This document shows positions 56,721 through 64,000 of a stretch of DNA of 64,000 bases, piece after piece. Numbering within the stretch: the first letter of the stretch is position 1; every line of letters starts with the position of its first letter. Location of the stretch: assembly GCA_964492025.1 (NCBI GenBank), contig CAZBHR010000001.1, positions 241,603 through 305,602 on the forward strand, written 5' to 3'. The notes below the pieces were generated by a model. That model saw only the letters and a list, made by a program, of their open reading frames with translations, did not search any database and was not told where the DNA came from. Source of the DNA: an uncultured Spirochaetia bacterium (GTDB taxonomy: Bacteria > Spirochaetota > Spirochaetia > CAZBHR01). The position numbers and the translations under genes were made by a program.

Positions 56721-57343
56721 TATTTCCTCCTGAAGGTGAGCTTATTCTCCTCACCTCGAATAATGCGTCCCAAATTTTTACGATGGGTCCAAAACAGAGT
56801 AACCCCTATCAATATAAAAAATGCGATATACACTTCATCCCTATCGGGATATAATACAATATACCCTATGGGAAGCAAAAAAGCTACTATAAAAACAGCT
56901 AAAGAAACCATCCGTGTTATAATGATAATAGGAACCATAAGTAAAAATGCAATAAGTGCAAGCAGGGGAAATTGTGTTCCAATAGCTCCCGCAAGCACCG
57001 CAACGCCCTTCCCTCCTCTAAATCCATGAAAGAGAGGAAGGAGATGTCCTAAAAGTACAGAAAAGGTAACAAGCACTCCCAATAATGGTGTGTTGAGCCC
57101 ATAATTTGGTCCAACAAAATAGACCGCAACACCTACAGGGAGTATCGCTTTTACCATATCCAACAGAATAACGATAATACCCCAGAGGAGTCCAAGCGTA
57201 CGGGCGGTATTTGTGCCTCCCGCATTTCCACTCCCATGGTTACGAATATCTCCACGCCCTAAGAGCCTGGTAATAATAATGCTAAAGGATACACTCCCAC
57301 AGAGGTATCCTACAACCATAGGGACTATGTAGTAGAGTATCAT
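56720..57343 (-). CDS. plsY: Glycerol-3-phosphate acyltransferase PlsY
   Basis: DIRNHGSGNAGGTN, DMVKA, GH.LP.F.GFRGGKGVA, HRKNLGRI; start at 57343. Confidence 0.95.
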   Translation of the reverse strand: MILYYIVPMVVGYLCGSVSFSIIITRLLGRGDIRNHGSGNAGGTNTARTLGLLWGIIVILLDMVKAILPVGVAVYFVGPNYGLNTPLLGVLVTFSVLLGHLLPLFHGFRGGKGVAVLAGAIGTQFPLLALIAFLLMVPIIIITRMVSLAVFIVAFLLPIGYIVLYPDRDEVYIAFFILIGVTLFWTHRKNLGRIIRGEENKLTFRRK

Positions 57344-57344
57344 A

Positions 57345-57875
57345 CTACTCGTTCCAATACTCCACAAGAGTTTTTACATGAATTCCAGAGAGTACGTCTT
57401 TATACTTGAGAAAAGGTAGTCCAATAACCCCAAACACATCCTTCACCTGTGCGCCAGCCTCAATAAGCATATCTGCAGCCGCTCGGATGGTTCCTCCGGT
57501 AGCAATAAGATCATCAATAATAAGTATATTGCTTCCTGGTTTCACGTCATCCGCTTGAATCTGGATGAGAGATTCTCCATACTCTAGGGCGTAGGATTTT
57601 TCAATAGTTTTCCCCGGAAGCTTTCCCGCCTTTCGTACAAGAATAACAGGAATATCCAAGGCCATGGCAATAGGTGTTGCAAAAAGAAAACCCCGTGCAT
57701 CTATTGCGGCAATCGCATCAATCCCTCTTCCTTTATAAAACTCTACGGCCTCATCAATACAGAAACGAAACGCCTCTGGTTGCATAAGAACACTAGAAAT
57801 GTCATAAAACAGAATCCCCTCATGTGGGAAGTTTGGAACCTTTCGAATAGCTCCATCTAGATCGTATTTTTTCAT
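57345..57875 (-). CDS. apt: Adenine phosphoribosyltransferase
   Basis: PNFPHEGILFYD, DARGF, VRKAGKLP, LEYG, IDDLIATGGT. Confidence 0.96.
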   Translation of the reverse strand: MKKYDLDGAIRKVPNFPHEGILFYDISSVLMQPEAFRFCIDEAVEFYKGRGIDAIAAIDARGFLFATPIAMALDIPVILVRKAGKLPGKTIEKSYALEYGESLIQIQADDVKPGSNILIIDDLIATGGTIRAAADMLIEAGAQVKDVFGVIGLPFLKYKDVLSGIHVKTLVEYWNE

Positions 57876-58931
57876 TTACCGACCTCCATTGATAAATTTC
57901 TTTTGAAATCTTTTAATTCGTGCTGAGGGTTGTAGGCGTATATCTGCAAACTCCCCTCTTATTACATAGTGATACCCAATACCAGCAATCATTGCACCGT
58001 TATCGGTACAGAGCTTAAGACTGGGAAAGTATGTTTGTACATTTGGGATATTGAGGAGTTCACTACGAAAACGAGAGTTTGCAGCAACCCCTCCTCCAGC
58101 AACTACGGTGGTAAGTCCCGTATCTTCGATAGCCCGTCGAACTTTTCGCATCATAGTATCTACCGCCACTCGCTGGAAGGATGCGGCTATATGAATTGGC
58201 TTGTCCGAATCATCTGGAGCAACGCCCTTTTTACGAAAAAAGTCTAACTGGTTAATTACCGCAGTCTTAAGTCCAGAATAGGATACATCATAGGTGTGGT
58301 CCCCTTTGTGGAGAGATGGAATAGGAAAATGAAACATAGAGTCATCTCCCTGCTGTGCAAGTTTATCTATCGCAGGACCACCGGGGTACCCAAAGTCATA
58401 ATACTTTGCAACCTTATCAAAGGCCTCTCCTATAGCATCATCTATAGTTGTTCCGAGCACCTCTACTTGATCAAAATCATCAACCCTACAAATTACTGAG
58501 TGCCCCCCAGATACTAAAATACCAAGAAAGGGATATGGGATATCAAACTCTAAAAACGGTGCATAGAGATGGGCAAAAATATGGTTTACACTCACTAAGG
58601 GGATTCCCAAAGCAAAGGCTAAGCTCTTGGCAAAGCAGACTCCCACAAGAAGAGATCCTACAAGCCCTGGTTCACTGGCAACCGCAATTGCAGTAAGTTC
58701 ACTTTGATCAATCCCAGCCTTCTCTAAAGACTCTTTATATACGTCGACAATCCACTCAGTATGCAGTCGTGAGGCAATCTCTGGAACAACCCCACAATAC
58801 GGAAGATGTTCTTCTATCTGAGTTGCCACCACATTGCTTAAAATTTCTTTTCCATTACGAACCACCGATATAGAACACTCATCACAGGAGCTCTCTATAC
58901 CTAAGATCAGGTGATCAGCCACTAAGAACAC
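57876..58931 (-). CDS. tsaD: tRNA N6-threonylcarbamoyladenosine transferase TsaD
   Basis: GIESSCDE, ASRLH, HIFAH, VSGGH, DDAIGEAFDK, CTDNGAMIA. Confidence 0.96.
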   Translation of the reverse strand: MFLVADHLILGIESSCDECSISVVRNGKEILSNVVATQIEEHLPYCGVVPEIASRLHTEWIVDVYKESLEKAGIDQSELTAIAVASEPGLVGSLLVGVCFAKSLAFALGIPLVSVNHIFAHLYAPFLEFDIPYPFLGILVSGGHSVICRVDDFDQVEVLGTTIDDAIGEAFDKVAKYYDFGYPGGPAIDKLAQQGDDSMFHFPIPSLHKGDHTYDVSYSGLKTAVINQLDFFRKKGVAPDDSDKPIHIAASFQRVAVDTMMRKVRRAIEDTGLTTVVAGGGVAANSRFRSELLNIPNVQTYFPSLKLCTDNGAMIAGIGYHYVIRGEFADIRLQPSARIKRFQKKFINGGR

Positions 58932-60337
58932 TCCTTTACTAAAAGTGCTTGTATCTTTGCAAGGACTCGACTTGCATACACAGGAGCCATTCCAACATAC
59001 CCTTTAGTCTCCATAAGCTCTGAAACTTCAGAGGGAGATAGGTATTTGGAAATCTCTGGATCTTTCTGTAAAAGAGGAACAAGTGGATTAGCCTCTCCAT
59101 GCTGAATTGCAGCCCAAGCTTGAAGGGAGTATGTTCGAATAATCTCATGGAGTTCTTGTCGGTCTCCCCCAGCCTTTGCACACTCCATCATAACTCTTTC
59201 GGTTGCCGCAAAAGGTCCGTAGGCGGCTAAATTTTTCTGAACCCCAATATCGTGGATTTGCATACCCTCTACAACTTTGATAACAGTGGTAACAATCTCA
59301 TCCACCCCAAGAAAGGCTGAAGGAAAAAGCTCTCGTCTGTTTGCAGAGTCATCTAAGGTTCGCTCTAGAAGAGAGTGAGCCCCATTATCCCAAGCAACAC
59401 GAGGAAGGGTTGCAATATATCTTGCTATTGAATCAACCTTCTCTGATCGAATAGGGTTTCTTTTAAACGGCATAGCAGAAGATCCAACCTGATGTGTTCC
59501 AAATGGCTCACTCCACTCTCCCATAGGAGGGGTCTGTAGAATCCGCAGGTCAAAGGAAAATTTATACAGAGTTGCTGCAACACCAGCCAGTGCATTAAGT
59601 ACTAGCCAATCTTGCTTACGTGGATATGTTTGGGTAGCTGCATCAAATGCCTCTATCCCAAGTTCTTCCATAACCTGATCTTCAAAATCCGTAACCTCCA
59701 TAGGGCTGTCATGGAGCAGTTCTCCATAGGAGGCAGCAGTACCTACGGCCCCTTTCATCCCTTTTCCTCGAAGTCCAGAACATACCCGTTCAAGCTCCTC
59801 AAGGTCTACTAACAGATCCTGTCCATACTGGGCAAATCGGTACCCTATGGTGGTAGGCTCCGCAGGTTGAATATGGGTAAACGCCATAGTAGGTGTGTCT
59901 AGATATGTTTCAATCTTGTTTCCTACAAGCCCAAGTAAGGTTTTCACCCGCTGGATAAGTAGCTCCATGGCACTTTTAATTCTGAGGGCATCCATATTGT
60001 CAAGTATATCCATACTGGTTGCTCCCATATGAATACACCCTCCCCCCACAGAACACTGCTCTGCGTAGGTTTTAATCTCTGCCATCAAATCATGGTGGAT
60101 TTTAGACTCTATCTCAGAAGCCCGAGCAATATCAATCTGTTCTCGGTGAGCAAGGAGATCCTCATACTCTTCGGAGGATACAATACCTGCTTCCATCTGA
60201 ACCTTTGCCAAGGCACACCAAATCTTTCTCAAGAGGAGACGTTTATGCTCCTCTGACCATAAGACTCTCATCTCCTCACTTCCATATCTCCAAGTAAATG
60301 GAGATATGAACGTATCATGGCTAAAATGCTGACCCAT
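58922..60337 (-). CDS. purB: Adenylosuccinate lyase
   Basis: IHMGATS, FTHIQPAEPTT, GSSAMPFKRNP. Confidence 0.94.
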   Translation of the reverse strand: MGQHFSHDTFISPFTWRYGSEEMRVLWSEEHKRLLLRKIWCALAKVQMEAGIVSSEEYEDLLAHREQIDIARASEIESKIHHDLMAEIKTYAEQCSVGGGCIHMGATSMDILDNMDALRIKSAMELLIQRVKTLLGLVGNKIETYLDTPTMAFTHIQPAEPTTIGYRFAQYGQDLLVDLEELERVCSGLRGKGMKGAVGTAASYGELLHDSPMEVTDFEDQVMEELGIEAFDAATQTYPRKQDWLVLNALAGVAATLYKFSFDLRILQTPPMGEWSEPFGTHQVGSSAMPFKRNPIRSEKVDSIARYIATLPRVAWDNGAHSLLERTLDDSANRRELFPSAFLGVDEIVTTVIKVVEGMQIHDIGVQKNLAAYGPFAATERVMMECAKAGGDRQELHEIIRTYSLQAWAAIQHGEANPLVPLLQKDPEISKYLSPSEVSELMETKGYVGMAPVYASRVLAKIQALLVKECS

Positions 60338-60355
60338 GGGACCTCCTACTTTGTC

Positions 60356-61627
60356 CTATCGTACAATAATTTGATCTCGTTCTGGACCAACAGAAACAAA
60401 CTTCATGGAAGCACCGGTAAGCTCTTCTATTCGCTCAAGGTAGGCTTGGGCTTTTTTAGGAAGATCCTGCCACTTTCGTATTCCAGTGGTATCACACTCC
60501 CAACCTTCCCACTCTTCATACACAGGTTCTGCCCGCTCTTGTAGAGGTGTGTCTGGAACGTAATCAAGAATCTCACCATCTACTTTATATCCGGTACAGA
60601 TTTTAACTGTTTTAAAGGTGTCAAGCACATCAAGTTTAGTCAGGGCAATAGAGGTAAACCCATTTAACCAACAAGAGTAAGACGATGCTACTGCATCAAA
60701 CCATCCACAACGTCTAGGTCGTCCTGTGGTAGCTCCAAACTCTCCTCCAATTCGTCGTAACTCTTCACCTGTTTCATCAAGTAACTCGGCAACAAAGGGT
60801 CCACCACCAACAGAGGTTGAGTACACCTTAACAATTCCAATCACTTCATCAATTCGTCGAGGGGCAATTCCAGCACCACTAGAAACACCTCCAGCTGTTG
60901 GAGAAGATGAAGTAACATAGGGGTAAATACCCCAGTCTAAATCTCTCATAACTCCCAACTGCCCTTCCATAATAATTCGCTTTCCACCTTTGATAGCATC
61001 TCGTACCAGTGGATAGGTGTCAATAATTCGAGATCCAAAGTCCTCTTTCCACTTAGCACAGAGAGCAAGAAGGTCATCAAGAGAAACCTTTTCAAGTCCA
61101 TAGTACTCAAGCTGTCGGTTTTTCTCTGGTAACATCATTTCTAGTCGAGTTTTTAATCGCTCAGGATCTAAGATATCACCCGCTCGGATACCCTTTCGTG
61201 AAGCCTTATCACTGTATACAGGGCCAATTCCTCGTTTTGTAGTACCAACGGCCCACTCTTTTTTCTTAGACGCTTCCTCAGCTCCGTCAAGAGCTCTGTG
61301 GAAAGGCATAATAAGGTGCGCCCGTCTATCAATAAAAAGCTTTTCAGGAATAAAACCACCCTGCTCAACCACACCCTGAAGCTCCTCTTGCATGGTATCT
61401 AGGTTTACCACCGTTCCAGCTCCAACAATACAGGTTGTTTTAGGGTTAAAAATACCGGAAGGTAGAATATGAAGTGCAAACTTACCATACTCATTAATTA
61501 CCGTATGGCCTGCGTTATCTCCTCCCTGAAATCGGATTACCATATCCGCATCCTGTGCAAGATAATCAACTAATCGTCCTTTACCTTCGTCTCCCCACTG
61601 GGCTCCTACAATCGCTGTGACACTCAT
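60356..61627 (-). CDS. purA: Adenylosuccinate synthetase
   Basis: [41 protein letters not shown]. Confidence 0.97.
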   Translation of the reverse strand: MSVTAIVGAQWGDEGKGRLVDYLAQDADMVIRFQGGDNAGHTVINEYGKFALHILPSGIFNPKTTCIVGAGTVVNLDTMQEELQGVVEQGGFIPEKLFIDRRAHLIMPFHRALDGAEEASKKKEWAVGTTKRGIGPVYSDKASRKGIRAGDILDPERLKTRLEMMLPEKNRQLEYYGLEKVSLDDLLALCAKWKEDFGSRIIDTYPLVRDAIKGGKRIIMEGQLGVMRDLDWGIYPYVTSSSPTAGGVSSGAGIAPRRIDEVIGIVKVYSTSVGGGPFVAELLDETGEELRRIGGEFGATTGRPRRCGWFDAVASSYSCWLNGFTSIALTKLDVLDTFKTVKICTGYKVDGEILDYVPDTPLQERAEPVYEEWEGWECDTTGIRKWQDLPKKAQAYLERIEELTGASMKFVSVGPERDQIIVR

Positions 61628-61659
61628 TATTTACTCCTTACTCATGGGAACCGAAGCAG

Positions 61660-62241
61660 CTATGCTATCGGCTTAATTTCTGCTAAAAAGGGAAGAGTTC
61701 TATACTCCTCCGCTAAATCCAATCCGTATCCAACAACCCAAACATCGGGTATATCGAATCCGACATAATCCATCTCTACATCAATTTTTACACAATCTGG
61801 CTTCCGTAAAAATGCTATAGTCTTAAGAGATTTTGGCTTTCGTGTTTTAAAATTCCGAATAAGGTAGTCTAAGGTGTACCCACTATCCAGGATATCTTCC
61901 ACAATAAGAACATGCTTACCCTCTAGGTTTTCTCGAACATCCATAAGCATACGAACATTTCCCGTATGAAGAGATCCCGATCGGCCATAACTGGAAAGTG
62001 CAATAAAATCCACTGAGTGGTGGACAGAGAGCTTTCGACAAAGGTCAGCCATAAAGATGAAGGATCCTTTAAGGACTCCAACAACAACCAGTTCATCCTT
62101 CCCTACTCCTTCATACTCAGATGAAATAAGGTCCGCTAGCTCCTGAACTTTTGCCTGTATTGAGGCTTCATCCAAGATAACCCGAACTAAGTCATCCGTA
62201 AAGAGAGGGTGTGATTCTTCTGCAAATTTTTTACTTTTCAT
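61660..62241 (-). CDS. hpt: Hypoxanthine phosphoribosyltransferase
   Basis: VLKGSFIFMADL, SSYG, VEDILDSG.TL, WVVGYGLD. Confidence 0.95.
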   Translation of the reverse strand: MKSKKFAEESHPLFTDDLVRVILDEASIQAKVQELADLISSEYEGVGKDELVVVGVLKGSFIFMADLCRKLSVHHSVDFIALSSYGRSGSLHTGNVRMLMDVRENLEGKHVLIVEDILDSGYTLDYLIRNFKTRKPKSLKTIAFLRKPDCVKIDVEMDYVGFDIPDVWVVGYGLDLAEEYRTLPFLAEIKPIA

Positions 62242-62406
62242 GACTTAACCAATCATGTAGCAATTACCGTAACTTGTCAACCAAACAAGAGGAGAAAGGA
62301 GTCAAATTTTGCCACCATCATAGGGTTCTTTTCTTGAAAATCAACCTGTATGTGAGAGCAAAATATCATGAACTTAGGTTATCCAGCAAAGAGTGAGATT
62401 TGTTTA

Positions 62407-62435
62407 TTGTAATTTACCGCAAAGTGTATTATATT
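62407..62435 (+). promoter_or_regulatory. Promoter of gpsA, leaderless layout
   Basis: TTGTAA-17 nt-TATATT, then 7 nt to the ATG at 62443; no SD. Confidence 0.55.
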
Positions 62436-62442
62436 CCCTATT

Positions 62443-63516
62443 ATGAAGTTAAAAAGAGTATCAGTTATTGGAGCAGGAGCTTGGGGCACAGTAGTAGCAA
62501 AAGTTCTTGCAGAAAAGGGTCATACAGTTTCTCTCTGGTCCTTCGAAAAAGACCTACCTGAGATTATACGAGAGCAGGGAGAGAACTCTAGATACCTCCC
62601 AGGAATACCACTTCCCCCTGAGATGATTGTATCAAGTGATATTCAGGAAGTTGCCACAGATGCGGATGTTATCTTGTTAGCAGTTCCCTCACTCTTTCTC
62701 CTAGATATTGCAAAGCAGATTGTGGGAGTTCCAAATATTTTAGAAGGGAAAACCTCCATAGGAATTCTATCAAAGGGGCTTATAGAAATTAACAACTCCC
62801 CCACCTTGATTACCGTAGCCTTAGAGCAGTACCTCCCAGGTAGCTACAAGAAAAAGCTTGTTTACATTTCTGGTCCAAGTCACGCAGAAGAGGTAGGAAG
62901 AGGAAAAATGACAGGTCTTATTACTGCAAGCAGATCTCCCAAGGAAGCGGTAAAAATGAGACACCTACTTAGCTCAGAAAACCTTTTTGTATTCTCATCA
63001 CTTGATGTGGTTGGAGTACAGGTGTGTGCTATTATGAAAAACGTTATTGCCATAGCCTTTGGAGTTATGGATGCTCTTAAAGAGACGGATAGCAGATTTG
63101 GAGACAATACAGAATCTCTCCTACTTGCAACAGGACTACACGAGTTACAAACCTTTGGAATTGCTATGGGTGCTACTCACCCAGAAACATTTACCTCTAT
63201 TGCAGGGGTTGGAGATCTTGATGTAACGTGCCGAAGTCAATATGGACGTAATCGACGATTTGGTCAGGAAATTGTAACAAAAGATATTTTAGCACCCTTT
63301 AATGGCATTGAAGACGCACTGAATAGGATTCATGAGATTGGATACCTTCCCGAGGGTCTCGTAGCGTGCTACCATGTTGCAAGGGTGGTAAAGGAGAAGA
63401 AACTCAAACTCAATATCACCGAGGGGCTCTATGCCATCTTAAACAAAGAGGTTGCCCCCAGTGATATGGTGAGTGCTGTGGTACAAAAAGCTCGACCAAT
63501 TACAAAGCTAAGGTAA
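62443..63516 (+). CDS. gpsA: NAD(P)H-dependent glycerol-3-phosphate dehydrogenase
   Basis: GAGAWGT, SKG, SGPSHAEEV, KNVIAIA, GVGDL.VTC.S..GRN. Confidence 0.95.
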   Translation: MKLKRVSVIGAGAWGTVVAKVLAEKGHTVSLWSFEKDLPEIIREQGENSRYLPGIPLPPEMIVSSDIQEVATDADVILLAVPSLFLLDIAKQIVGVPNILEGKTSIGILSKGLIEINNSPTLITVALEQYLPGSYKKKLVYISGPSHAEEVGRGKMTGLITASRSPKEAVKMRHLLSSENLFVFSSLDVVGVQVCAIMKNVIAIAFGVMDALKETDSRFGDNTESLLLATGLHELQTFGIAMGATHPETFTSIAGVGDLDVTCRSQYGRNRRFGQEIVTKDILAPFNGIEDALNRIHEIGYLPEGLVACYHVARVVKEKKLKLNITEGLYAILNKEVAPSDMVSAVVQKARPITKLR

Positions 63517-64000
63517 TTGAAACAGGACAGTGGTCCGATCCCATAATGTCCGAATGAATACGGCTCTCCTGAACTCGAGGCAGGAGGGCATCATTCACAC
63601 AGTGGTAATCTATTCTCCACCCTGTGTTGTTTGCTCGTGCATTAAACCGATAGGACCACCAACTGTAATGCCCATTCTCACCGGGATGACTTAATCGAAA
63701 AGGATCCTTAAACCCCTCTGATAAAAACCGATCCATCCAACTACACTCTTCTGGTAAAAACCCAGGATTCTTTCTATTAGTTTTAGGATTTGCCAAATCA
63801 ATATCCTCATGGGCAATATTGTAATCCCCACAGAGAACTACATCTCCACCTTGGCTCACAATATCAGCACAAAAACGGTGAATAGCATCACAAAAGGCAA
63901 GCTTGTAGTCCAGTCGTTTCCCCTCGGACTGGCTATTAGGAAAATAGCAGTTTACCACATGAAAATTTCCAAATCGGGCAACCGATACACGTCCCTCATC
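63500..64000 (-). CDS. xth: Exodeoxyribonuclease III (5' part outside the window)
   Basis: The frame stays open to the window edge (DEGRV...VNCYFPN). GDYNIAH, PGFLPEE, YSWWSYR, GWRIDY, SDHCP. Confidence 0.93.
   Translation of the reverse strand, partial: DEGRVSVARFGNFHVVNCYFPNSQSEGKRLDYKLAFCDAIHRFCADIVSQGGDVVLCGDYNIAHEDIDLANPKTNRKNPGFLPEECSWMDRFLSEGFKDPFRLSHPGENGHYSWWSYRFNARANNTGWRIDYHCVNDALLPRVQESRIHSDIMGSDHCPVSITLAL

Noticed and set aside
14283-62442. Sigma54 (-24/-12) promoters, given rpoN
   Set aside because: The intergenic TGGCA hits I checked (near 32500, 37512, 45812, 62312) lack GC at the -12 position; the manual search was not exhaustive
1225-63107. Numerous 60-200 aa ORFs antisense to or nested in recognised genes (e.g. 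26775-27386, 36894-37343, 38950-39399, 37803-38174)
   Set aside because: They are shadow ORFs of well-supported genes or of the repeat array, with no SD, motifs or protein-like composition
63500-63516. Convergent 17-bp overlap of gpsA and xth
   Set aside because: Short tail-to-tail overlaps are common in compact genomes, and nothing else suggests a function
1-64000. tRNA, rRNA, IS, prophage or integrase
   Set aside because: No T-arm/cloverleaf pattern, rRNA-like block, transposase or recombinase motif was recognised; a covariance-model scan was not possible

Overview
A 64-kb, densely coding chromosomal segment, most genes on the minus strand. It probably comes from a spirochaete: class I LysRS, short spirochaete-type ParC/ParE, a tandem-domain NDK and a SpiroCoCo-like coiled-coil protein (inferred from motifs, no search run). 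Most of it is housekeeping: asd (partial), lysC, leuA, gdhA, parE-parC-rluA, rpoN, hpf, grpE-dnaK-dnaJ-rlmB, ppiC-ptsI-der-HAD, lysS, fadD, an hpt-purA-purB-tsaD-apt-plsY-fakAB-GNAT run, gpsA and xth (partial). Accessory content includes three ABC systems, several lipoproteins (clostripain, Ig/DUF285-repeat, vWA, FMN-binding fumarate-reductase-like), an XRE plus membrane-protein pair and an AT-rich type II restriction-modification cassette. I saw no rRNA, tRNA, CRISPR array, transposase, integrase or reverse transcriptase. Best leads: (1) a 979-aa dual-receiver / ATP-grasp / His-swivel dikinase-like protein with no substrate domain; (2) about nine genes with a leaderless promoter layout; (3) a TM1266-type regulator coupled to an ABC importer instead of hyd genes; (4) a non-CIRCE inverted repeat at the dnaK operon promoter; (5) a triple operator at the XRE pair; (6) a catalytically dead ABC ATPase with a coupled 32-aa membrane peptide; (7) a FakA-FakB fusion directly behind plsY. 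I cannot show that any of these is undescribed without database searches.
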